A stretch of DNA of 62,752 nucleotides, the filler included, from Basidiobolus ranarum (Eukaryota): assembly GCA_040143965.1 (NCBI GenBank). It is 35 parts of 35 records of this genome, joined end to end, with 100 filler letters (N's around TTAATTAATTAA, not from the genome) between each part and the next. Parts side by side here need not be neighbours in the genome. Positions count along the whole stretch, not along the records: positions 12,619 to 14,317 come from JASJQH010004524.1; positions 14,418 to 16,116 come from JASJQH010004525.1; positions 16,217 to 17,915 come from JASJQH010004526.1; positions 18,016 to 19,713 come from JASJQH010004527.1; positions 19,814 to 21,511 come from JASJQH010004528.1; positions 21,612 to 23,309 come from JASJQH010004529.1; 29 more parts are not named here. The stretch is one strand, 5' to 3'. This document shows, one piece after another, positions 12,619 to 23,409 of the stretch. The number at the start of each line of letters is the position of its first letter. Position 1 is the first letter of the stretch. The translations under genes were made by a program, and so were the position numbers. The notes under the pieces are model-generated. The model did no database searches. It was given only the letters and a program-made list of their open reading frames with translations, and was not told the DNA's origin.

Positions 12619-12749
12619 ACATTTGCAATATGTGTAACCATGCTTTCAGACTTTTCCATCTTTATATTGAAGAATTTTCATTTGAGAAAGAGTGTATTAG
12701 CATGACACTTTGCTTCATAATACTCTTCCAATATAGTCCAAGCTTGCTG
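12619..12749 (-). mobile_element. Copia gag fragment
   Basis: Homologous to 22150-22280. Confidence 0.85.
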
Positions 12750-14317
12750 CCCTAACAGAAATTTGAGGATTGTTATTGTTGAAAAACCATCACAATATTA
12801 ATCCATTTGGGATTGACCATTTACTTACCATCATAAAATTGTCAAGTTAGATTCGATTTTAATCATTTTTTCAGTTTCAGGAGTGAAATTTCAAGATCTT
12901 GCAAAAAGGTTGTGAATGATTGGCTAAAATCTCAGAGAACTATGGGTTAATACATGTGCAAAAAACTTAACTCAAATTTTACACAATTATCACTTGAACG
13001 CTAATTTGTCACCTTTGAAATCCCTAGTCTCTTTGATATATTCTCCTGCATATTTTTATAGGGCTTTTCATACCCAAGGTTTAGCTCATACCCAACATGA
13101 GTTTGTGTCAATATCTCCATCAAAGCCCACCATTGTATTAACATTGCTGAATCATGATTCTTCCGGCTATCTGGCAGATACCCTGCAATATTGTGCCACT
13201 CTGTATTAAGTTCTTCCCAGATATCTGCATGGTCAACACCAGACTGAACATGAAGTTGAATATTCTTCTTCAGAAGCCACTTTCTGCATACTTGCACTGT
13301 GTTTTTCCCTTCATACTTTTGAAAATACTTCTCAAGCACTTTGACTATTTTGTATGTCCTTGTAGTGTGACACTACGGAGGGTGCTTTGCGGTGTTTGTG
13401 CAGCTTTTGTTTACCTTTACCTTTGGGATTAATTTCAACACTTTGAAAAGTAATAGTCAAGGTTGGAGAGCTGCGAGTTTTATTTGCTGGTGTATTGGCT
13501 TGTTGAAAGGTGCCAGGTGTTGGATAAACTTCTGAATTTAGCACTCTTCCAACTGGTGTACCTGGTTCGATGGTGAAATTAAGCTTTTTTGCCTCTATAT
13601 GGGACTCTGGAAATGCAGATGTTTGTAATGGTATGAAGAATTTGGTAAGTGGGACAGTAGAGGCTAAACTCACTTGCTCCTTTGCTCTTCCCTTGGGTTT
13701 ACTAACTTCCTGCTCCTTCAGTACTTTTTTAGCTGCTTTTCTTTCATTTCCAAGTCAATAATTGCATACATTTTTGAGATGTTTCATGAATAGGCCTATA
13801 CCAGCCCAATTGCCATTTGCTTGCAAAAACCCAGGATAAGCCACGTGAAATAAGTCAAGAACCTTCAGAGTAATTCCTAGTTTTTGGTTTTTCCACAATT
13901 GACTTAAATCCAGGTGATTTTAGGCAATATTCGCCACAGTTTGCAAAATGTTAAACCACTCATCATCAGAGCAAATGATGGCCGCTCTGACATTCAGAGT
14001 CTTTTGGTTTGCTGGTTTTCCTATGAGATTTCTACTTTTGTGTGCCAAAGCAATTTTGGGTTGTTGTGTAGGCTTAATGGTCCACCACATATTCTGCTCT
14101 TCTTGATTGTCATGGTGACATTCATATGTATGGTGTGGGATTGACTGAAATCCCATATGAGAATAGATGGAGGGAGCAGCATGTAGCTATAGCTCAAGAA
14201 CAGCATTCTGAAGGTCTTGTATCATTGTTGAGTGACTCTCTAACTGTCAACTAGTTGCTTCCAAATGCTGCATTAATTGTAATATTGTGGTGTTATTGCT
14301 TGTCATGGCCTGTATAG
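12750..14317 (+). mobile_element. EnSpm-like end A with 1.57 kb of internal sequence
   Basis: CCCTAACAGAAAT at 12750; collinear with 27890-28700 and 48534-49193. Confidence 0.92.
13001..14317 (-). pseudogene. Transposon ORF2 (unknown function), central and C-terminal part
   Basis: One frame runs through ORFs 13920-14156 and 13332-13673, broken by TGA/TAG/TAA that look like C>T changes (the stop at 13920 is CAA in the 18016-18195 copy). A frameshift then leads into 13001-13339. Confidence 0.75.
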
Positions 14318-14417
14318 NNNNNNNNNNNNNNNNNNNNNNNNNNNNNNNNNNNNNNNNNNNNTTAATTAATTAANNNNNNNNNNNNNNNNNNNNNNNNNNN
14401 NNNNNNNNNNNNNNNNN

Positions 14418-15340
14418 AAATTTGAGGATCAATAATTTAACATGTATGAATACCGCCAAGATACCGTCAAGAAACCGCCGTCACATCATCAGAATCCCTG
14501 GCAGAATGCAAGCCAACGATATTGTGACAGTTCTCTGACGGTTTTGCTATTTCAGAGGGTGGATCCGATCCGGATCAAATCGATTTTATTTTTGTTAGGG
14601 AATTTGGACTAATTTGTTTGTGTAATAATCTGATGGTACTGCAAGGAAAGCTGCAAGACAGACTTCTTGGTGAGATAGATCAAGATATGCAGTATTATTG
14701 TTTTAGCCATGAGGTAATCTATTCAAGCAATGACACATCTACTTGTAGCAGGACATTTGTTGACTGCAAGTTGGGGATATGTTGGCTGAATTCTTAATGG
14801 AAATTTGCCAAAATCCAAGAGCTTATTCTCATTGTGAATGGTAACTAGAGTCAGCTATTTGTCAAGTGTTATTGCTATTCAAAATTTTAGATGTTTAGCA
14901 ATTTTTTCATCATTAGTTTGCTGGTGAAGCATAATGATGTTGTTGAATTATGTCTGATCAGTCAAGTATGCACATGTGTGGAGACTTAACACAATAAGAC
15001 CCTTGTATTTTTGGATTCTCATTATGGCTGGAATACAAAGCCAAAAATATCTAAATCAATGCATGCATATTAATTTGAATCCTGCAGCAGTAAACCCAGT
15101 AATTTGCCATTTGAAAATTTTATATTTGCAAAAGTTCCTAGCAATTAATAATGCATGCCAAATATGAGGATCAAACTTTAACATATATGAATATCGTCAA
15201 ATTACCTTCAAGAAACCACCATGATACCATCAAAATCCCGGCAGAATGAAAGCCACCAATATTGTGACAGTTCTCTGATGGTTTTGTGATTTAGAATGGT
15301 GGATCTAATCCAGATCAAATCAATTTTATTTTTGTTAGGG
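14418..15340 (-). mobile_element. Two nested EnSpm-like B ends (termini at 14600 and 15340)
   Basis: ATTTTTGTTAGGG occurs twice; the CpG-rich copy abuts internal sequence of an older copy. Confidence 0.9.
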
Positions 15341-15845
15341 AATGTATGGTATCTGTGTCTCCTAGAGGCACATGCCAGAAACACCTTGCATGGCCAATCC
15401 ATTAACTCACCCCTAGCAATCCAATTAGAAAAACACTCTGAATATGAAGTTAGCAAAATTCTTGATTCCAGTATTTTTTGATGAAAATTGCAATATTTAG
15501 TGTACTGGAAGGGATACTCAACAAATAATCAATCATGGGAGCCAGCAACAAACCTTTCCAACTCTAAGGTGCTTTGTCAGGAGTTTCCTGAAGCCTACCT
15601 AAAAAAACCTGGCCCTATGATCTCTGGAAGTCATCAATAAAGGAGGTCACCTGATCATCCTTACATGATCCCTCTCTGTATTGGTCCTTGTAGTCCTCAA
15701 CACCCTGACACTTGAACTTGCCACAATATATTCTCTATGCAGTATATTCTGTCTCACCCTGTAATATCTATACATGCTCCCTGTTTTCCTTGATCTGACC
15801 TCAGTCAGATCAACACCACTTACCAATAAAGATAGTTGCCAAGTG
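15341..15845 (+). mobile_element. Chromovirus integrase C-terminus/chromodomain plus partial G1 LTR
   Basis: EYEVSKILDS...LQYLVYWKGY...SWEP, followed by LTR-matching sequence. Confidence 0.88.
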
Positions 15846-16116
15846 GAGACAACTGTTATCTTGACCATTAATGCCTCAAATTATCTGCAAATATCATGAA
15901 AAATCTGGACTGATTAAATTATAGCAGTTAAGTGGATTTTCAGATATTTGAAAGATATTATGTATCTGTTCTTAAATACACATGTTGTAGATCAAGCTCC
16001 AGTATGATGGGATATTCAGATGTAAACTGGCAAAAAGATATTGAGGATAGGAGATCTAAACAGGATACTTATTTCTTTGCTGTAATAGAGCTATTTCTCA
16101 GAATTCAAAGAAACAA
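15846..16116 (+). mobile_element. Copia RT/RNase H junction fragment
   Basis: MGYSDVNWQKDIEDRRS. Confidence 0.8.
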
Positions 16117-16419
16117 NNNNNNNNNNNNNNNNNNNNNNNNNNNNNNNNNNNNNNNNNNNNTTAATTAATTAANNNNNNNNNNNNNNNNNNNNNNNNNNNN
16201 NNNNNNNNNNNNNNNNTCTGTTACTTTTGTTGTCTCCTTGATATTTCCACAGAAGGAACTTTGCTTGAACCTCTGCGCTGAGTTGGTTGGTTTGATCCTG
16301 CTGAAGTTCCTCTACCTTGGCCAGCATTAGTTGTGGCTTGAGGTCAATGCACTGTGGTATGCATTGGCTTGTCTGGTCTAGTTTGTGGTTTGTTTGTATC
16401 TACAGTCTCTTCTTCAGAT

Positions 16420-17135
16420 GTGGAGCCTTCACTTAATAGGGCAACCAGCTATTACTGCTGGCATGCAGCTCTACATGTTGACCTGGAATGTCTCACTTGA
16501 GGTTTGTGCTCAACAGTTATTGCATCTTCAACAACTGTAGAAGCTTCATCTCTTTTAACTGGCCACCGTGACCTCTGTTGCATGGCAGAACATGTTGGAG
16601 CAAGTTGTCTACCTTGAGGTTTGTGCTTGATAGTTATTGCCTTTTCAATCATGGTGGACTCTTCATCTCTTTCAACTGGCCATGACCATGGTTGCATGGC
16701 AGTACATGTTGGAGCAAGTTGTCTACCTTGTGGTTTGTGTTGGGCAGTTCTTGCCTCTTCAACCATGGTAGAAGCTTCATCTCTTTAGACTGGCCATGGC
16801 CACAGTTGCTTGGCAGTACATGGTGGAGTGAGTCATCTACCTTGTGATTTGTGTTCTGTGGTTATTGCTTCTTTGACCACAGTGGAAGGTTCATCTCTTT
16901 CAACTGGCCATTGCCGTGGTTGCATTCCAGTACATGTTGGAGCAAGTCATATACCTTGAGGTTTGCATTTGGCAGTTCTTGCCTCTTCAACCATGGTAGA
17001 AGCTTCATCTGTTTCAACTGGCCGCCATGACCTCTGTTGCATTGCAGAATGTGTCAGAGCATATTGTCTACCTTGAGATTTGTGTTTGACTGTTGTGGCT
17101 TCTTCATGCTCAGTAAAAGCTTCACTATCTCTCTC
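16420..17135 (-). repeat. Tandem array of about six 114/117-bp units (38/39 codons)
   Basis: Anchor GGAGCAAGTTGTCTACCTTG at 16597, 16711, 16825, 16939 and 17056; minus-strand unit ~KHKPQGRQLAPTCTAMQPWSWPVERDEASTMVEEARTA. Confidence 0.92.
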
Positions 17136-17466
17136 AAACACCCATTGTCTTGTTCTTATAGGGCTACGCATTGTAACAGATTGAGTCTTAGTGAATTGCT
17201 CTTAGGTGTCAGATCTTCATCCAACAAAGTGGAAGGTTCTATAATTCTTGTGGTTGGCCTTTGTTGCTGTCACGGGGTTGTATGTGTTAAACCGTTATCT
17301 TTCTGGAGGCAAGCTCCTTGGAGCTGACTCTTCTCCAGATGTAAAAAGCTCACTGGTTAGTTTGGTTGAATCAGGTAAATTGCATGCTACAATGTGTGAA
17401 ATTTGGCTTATTATAAGCTGTTTCTAAGCAATTTCATTACACCAAGTTTACCATCTGAAAATTTCA

Positions 17467-17915
17467 ATGCCATTTAAAAAGTGTTCAAAATTTAAGTCAA
17501 AATTGACTTCCAAGCCAAAGCCTGCTGGCCCAAAAGGAAAAAAACCAGCAAGAACAGCGGATTAAATTGATGAACAGTCTAGCGATCCACTATCCACTTT
17601 GGAAGGCATTAACCTGCCGCAAACTAACTCAAGCAATGATGAAGCATTAATCAATTTACCAGATGTGTTCCTTTCCAGCAATAGTGCAAGTGAAGAGATT
17701 TTAATTCCCCAATTACATAGTAAATCAATAGTTGAGCAAAGTTCAACCAAAACACTGTCAAGACCTTCAACTTCCAAAATGGCTACTTTGCCCACAATTA
17801 AGCAACCCTCAGTAGAAAATTTGAATAGAATTGTTACAACAAGGGAATCGCAGGCAGAACACCATAATGATTTGTATGCAATCATAAGTAAAAACTATGA
17901 AGTTGCTATACAGGC
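17467..17915 (+). pseudogene. Transposon ORF2, N-terminal part
   Basis: MPFKKCSKFKSKLTSKPKP... has one internal stop and is in frame with ORF 17599. Homologous to 53247-53530; its last 10 nt overlap, in frame, the reverse complement of 14308-14317. Confidence 0.7.
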
Positions 17916-18015
17916 NNNNNNNNNNNNNNNNNNNNNNNNNNNNNNNNNNNNNNNNNNNNTTAATTAATTAANNNNNNNNNNNNNNNNNNNNNNNNNNNNN
18001 NNNNNNNNNNNNNNN

Positions 18016-18195
18016 CCAAAATTGCTTGGGCACATGAAAGTAGAAATCTCATAGGAAAACCGGCAAACCAAAAGACTCTGAATGTCAGAGCTGCCATCAC
18101 TTGCTCTGATGATGAGTGGTTTAACAGTTTAGAAATTGTGCGGAATGTTGCCCAAAATCACCTGGATTTGAGTCAATTGTGGAAAAACCAAAAAC
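18016..18195 (+). pseudogene. Transposon ORF2 internal fragment
   Basis: Closely matches the reverse complement of 13880-14060. Confidence 0.85.
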
Positions 18196-19339
18196 AAATT
18201 ATTTCTTGATTTGCAATCTTTTATCTGATGTCCTGGTTTGTTCCTACCATAGCATAAACCTGGTTTCCTTCTTTTGTAACCTTTGTACTGGCCAAAGCTA
18301 CATTTTCCAGCCCCAAAAAGAGCCTCTTCCACAGGTTCCTTTTTGAAATTCTTACTTCTGAGATGTTGATCCATTAGCCTTGCTACCACAAACTCCAAAG
18401 ACAACTTGTCAGATCTTACTTCTAAAGCTGTGACCAAGGTTGAGTACTGTTCTGGTAGACTACTTAGAGGAGTCAGAATGACATCTTCTTCTTGTAAAGT
18501 TGCACCAATACTTTCCAGTTGTTCTGCCAAAGATCTCACATATGCAATATGAGTAACCATGCTTTCACACTTTTCTATCTTAATATTGAAAAATTTTTGT
18601 CTGAGAAAAAGTCTATTAGCACAAATCTTTACTTCATAACACTCTTCCAATGTAGTTCAAGCCTGATGGGAAGTCTTTGCATATTGAATATTCACAAGTT
18701 GTGAAACCTTCAAACTTTGACATATGACATTAAGAGCCTTCTTGTTTCTCTTCTTGTAAGCTTCTAATAAAGAAAGGTTAGAAGGTTCCTTTTTATCTCC
18801 AGAGATTACATCCCAAAGCTCCCTGTCTTGCAGCATGATTTGCATCTTGAACTACCAGAAATAATAATTTTCTCCATCAAGCTTTTCAACACTTGAGTTA
18901 ATAAAAGTGGTAATAGTGGTCTCTGTCATGCTGTAAAGGTCAGAACATGGGGCTCATGACCTATTAGGAAAATAGGGGCTGTTTGGAGGAACTTTAGAAA
19001 AGTAGAGTTTAGAATAGCTTTGTGAGATAATCATTTATTGTCCAGAAATAAAGCAGTTATACATTTTGATAGATATACAGAAAACTAACACTGGGGTTAT
19101 GCTAAGAACATCTGTGGGAGTAAAATGAGCTATCTTTGGGGCAATTTGGATGAGTTTGAAATTTCCAATATGGAATTGCTAAATCTCACATTATTAACAT
19201 ATATATAAAATATATGTTCTGCTTTTCAGCAAAGTGATATTTAAATAAGTATTGTTAACTAACTTAAATGTGATATATGAAATAGCTTGGTGTATAAAGA
19301 TAGAGATAACTAATATGATAAAGATAATAAACTTCAACA
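18196..19339 (-). mobile_element. Copia L1: 5' LTR (18962-19339), PBS and gag with zinc-knuckle remnant
   Basis: 378-bp LTR, GGTCATGAGCCC PBS, EKLDGENYYFW...CYGRNKPGHQIKDC. Confidence 0.93.
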
Positions 19340-19713
19340 AGTTTCCTATCTTCTGTCAAGCAAAGGAGAAGTGTTTCAATATTTCAAGATATATGAAGCA
19401 ATGGTCACAGCCATAACAGGAAGAAGAATCAAATACCTGTGCAGTGATAATGGAACTGAATTTAGCAAGGAAGTCATGACTAGCTTTTGTCGAGAATAAT
19501 GAATTCAGCAGCAATTTACTATTCCATATAGTGCAGAACAAAATGGAGTTGCAGAAAGGATGAATAAGACTTTAAAAGAGAAAGCATGTACAATGCTGAT
19601 TGATTCAGATCTGCCTAAGATCTATTGCGGTGAAACTATTTCAACAGCTACATTTTTGCAACTAGCTTCTGGGAATCAGCATAATATCTCTGCCAATGTA
19701 AAATATTGGAATC
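19340..19713 (+). mobile_element. Copia integrase core fragment
   Basis: SDNGTEF and EQNGVAERMNKTL. Confidence 0.88.
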
Positions 19714-19813
19714 NNNNNNNNNNNNNNNNNNNNNNNNNNNNNNNNNNNNNNNNNNNNTTAATTAATTAANNNNNNNNNNNNNNNNNNNNNNNNNNNNNNN
19801 NNNNNNNNNNNNN

Positions 19814-21511
19814 CTATGATTTGATCAGATCTATAATTTTGAGGATATTGGCACATACCTCCCACAGAATATGCAATACCTGGCTGTGTTCCAACCATGA
19901 TATATCTCAAACTACCAACCCTAGATTGATAAGGAAATTTCTGGCTTTCATTTAAATCCAAGAAATCTAATTTGAGCCATTTTTATCAAGTTAAGATTTT
20001 TCTCCAATGGTGTAGAAACTAAATTACATTCTTCCATTTTTAACTTTTTTAGTTCATCCAGGATATATATAGACTGGTTTAAAGTTATTGTTTTGGTAGT
20101 TTTATCTATCTTAATTGGGATTATAATATAGTTTGTCAATTCACCTAGATCAATCATTCTCAATTTGGCAGAAAAGCTGGAATTGATTCTATCTAAAATC
20201 TTTGAGTCATTGGTTGCTATTGTAAGGTCATCTACATATAAGACTAATAACATAGGGTTTGTCTTATCAGGCTGGAAGTAGATACTATAGTCAGCATTAC
20301 TCCTTTGAAATTTGAGGTTTTCCAAAAAAGTGTCTATCTTGCTATTCCAAGCTCTTGAAGATTGTTTTAAGCCATAGAGTAATTTCTGGAGTCTGCAAAC
20401 TTTTTTAGGGTTTTCAAGGTCCATAAATCCATCTAGCTGGCCCATATATATTTCCTCAGCAAGCTCACTATTCAAAAAAGCAGCTTTAACATCCACTTGA
20501 TTTAATATAAAATGATATTAAGCTGAAATTGCTAATATATTTTGACTCAAATTATGATTGGCTATAGGAGCAAAAGTTTCTGTATAATTTATTCCTGGTG
20601 TTTGGGAAAAGCTTTGACTATTAGTCTAGCCTTGTACCTCTCTAAATTGCCAATAGGGTTTTATTTAACCTTAAACCCTCATTGCCAGCCAATTGATTTT
20701 CTATCATCAGGTAAGTTGGTTAAAATCCAAGTTTGATTATTAATCAAAGCCTGGTACACATCAGCCATTGCAGATCTCCAAAATGTTGTGTACAGGCCAT
20801 TCAGGACCACTTTTACTATCTGGGGTTTATTTATTTGAGCTGTGCAGGCATAGGCCCAATTTTGAGACTCATTAATATAGTATTTAGGGCTGCATCTAAA
20901 CCAGCTTGATTGCCTGGTATAGCATAAAGGTAATATAGCTTCTGGCATAGTATCAGATACTTCACTAGGTAGAATCTTGGTTGAAGTGTCCACAGAAATG
21001 TTATTTTGTTCAATATTTTGGTTTGAATCAATTTGAATGATTGGGTCAGGAGAAAATGAATTTTATCATTGTGAGGTCATTTTAAGTAGACATTTTTCAT
21101 TTTGATTAAACAAAACATCCCTGGACCTGATTAACTTTGAAATTTTGACATTGCAGAGTGTGTAGGCCTTATTCTGAGCACCATAACCCAGAAATATGCA
21201 TTTCTTACTTCTTGGATCAAACTTAGACCAAGTGTTGGTCATAAATTTGACATAAGAAATGCATCCAAAGAAACTCAAATATTTTTGGTCAGGTTTAACT
21301 TCCAACCAAGCTTGATATGGCTCACAGTTAAACAAACTTCTGCCAAAACTCTTATTCTTCAGATATACAGCTGTATCAACAGATTCCACCCAAAAATTAT
21401 GTGTTATATTTTGCACATTTATCATAGATGTTGCTATTTCCATTTTGGTCCTGTTGGCGCTCTCAGCAACTTCATTTTGCTGAGGTGAATAGGGGCAGTA
21501 GTTTCTTGCTT
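19814..21511 (-). mobile_element. Degenerate copia integrase-RT
   Basis: MDVKAAFLN, LYGLKQSSRAW, LYVDDL and SKFDPRSKKCIFLGY, with integrase upstream of RT. Confidence 0.95.
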
Positions 21512-21703
21512 NNNNNNNNNNNNNNNNNNNNNNNNNNNNNNNNNNNNNNNNNNNNTTAATTAATTAANNNNNNNNNNNNNNNNNNNNNNNNNNNNNNNNN
21601 NNNNNNNNNNNCTTATCAGCCATTGCAGATCTCCAAAATTTTGTATGAGGGCTGTTCATGGGCTCTTTCACAGTCTGGGGCTTATGTATTTGAGCTGTGC
21701 AGG

Positions 21704-23309
21704 TGTTGAAGTTCATTGTCCTTATCATACTTGTTGTCTCTATCTTTATACACCTAACTATTTCATATATTGCATATAAGTTAGTAAATATTACTTACTC
21801 AAATCTTGCCAAGCTATTCAAAACTCCACTTCTCTAAAGTTCCTCTAAGCAGCCAATATTTTCTCAATAGGTTATGAGCTGCATGTTCAAACTTTACAGC
21901 ATGACAGAAGCTACTATTACCACTTTTATTAACTCAAGTGTTGAAAAGCTTGATGGAGAAAATTACAATTTCTGGAAGTTCAAGATGCAAATCAGAGGAG
22001 CTTTGGGATGTAGTCTCTGGAAATGAAAAGGAACCTTCTTACCCTTCTTTATTGAAAGCTTCAAGAAAAGAGACAAGAAGGCCTTTAATATCAATTCTCA
22101 AAGTTTGAAGGATTCACAACCTGCAAATATTCAATATGCAAAGACTTATCATCAAGTTTGGACTATATTGGAAGAGTGTTATGAAGCAAAGAGTCTTGCT
22201 AATAGACTCTTTCTTAGACAAAAAGCTTCAATATAAAGATGGAAAAGTCTGAAAGTATGGTTACTCATATTGCAAATGTGAGATCTTTGGCAAAACAACT
22301 GGAAAATATTGGTGCAACTTTACAGGAAAAAGATATCATTATGACTCTTCTAAGTAGTCTACCAGAGCAGTATTCAAACTTGGTCAGAGCTTTGGAAGCA
22401 GCATCTGATAAGTTGGCTTTGGAGTTTGTGGTGGCTAGGCTAATGGATCAACAACTCAGAAGTAAGAATTTGAAAAAAGAATCTGAAGAAGTGGCTCTTT
22501 TTAGAGCCGGAAAATGTAGCTTTGGCAAGTACAAAGGTTTCAAAAGAAGGAAACCAGGTTTATACTATGGTTGTAACAAACCAGGACACCAGTTAAAAGA
22601 TTGTAAGTCAAGAAATTACAACAAAAATGAGAAGTAAGAACAAGCAAATCAGGTTTCAACAAAAGCGGAAGCTTTATTCATTTCTGCACTATCAGTGACC
22701 TCTGAACAAGACTGTAGGTTGTGGTAAATTGACTCTGGAGCCTCTCAACATTTCTCTAATCAAAAAAACTGGTCAAGACACTCAAAACTGACATAAACAA
22801 GAAGATTTATATGGGAGATGACCAGCCACTAGAAGCTCTGGGAGTGGGAGAAATTGAAGTACATCAAGGGGGCATCTCTGGGGATATGTATTTGCCCCTG
22901 AAAAACATGCTATATGTGCCTGGGTTAGCAAAAAATTTGTTATCAGTGAGTAAAGCTACATCTGAGGGATATAGCTTTAATTTTGATCAAAATGGCTGAA
23001 CAATTAGCAATCAAAAAGGGAATTATGTAGCTTCTGGAACTAAGCAAAATAACTTGTATGAACTTCATTATATTAGGCCAATATATGAACAAGTTAGTAT
23101 TGCCACAGCTGAAGAGAGATGCTGGAAAATCTGGCATAGGAGATTGGGTTTTCTGGGAGCTGAAAATATGAGAAATTTAATCAAAAACAAGATGGTTTTG
23201 GGACTAAATTTTGTAATTCCACCGGATCTGGAGCTATGTGAAGGTTGCCTATATGGTAGGCAACACAGACAGCCATTTGTGGGCTCTGGAATGAGCAAAA
23301 TCGATCAAA
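21704..23309 (+). mobile_element. Copia L1: internally deleted 5' LTR (21704-21869), PBS, gag, protease, GAG-pre-integrase
   Basis: GGTTATGAGC at 21870, ATG at 21901, IDSGASQH, WHRRLG...CEGCLYG. Confidence 0.93.
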
Positions 23310-23409
23310 NNNNNNNNNNNNNNNNNNNNNNNNNNNNNNNNNNNNNNNNNNNNTTAATTAATTAANNNNNNNNNNNNNNNNNNNNNNNNNNNNNNNNNNN
23401 NNNNNNNNN

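Noticed and set aside
16420-17135. Tandem array as CRISPR
   Set aside because: Whole units are homologous with no unique spacers, there are no cas genes, and the context is eukaryotic.
19814-21511. Classical CpA-targeted RIP as the cause of repeat decay
   Set aside because: By eye CA/TG remain abundant while CG is what is lost, and many indels are present. A formal spectrum is needed to exclude a minor RIP-like component.
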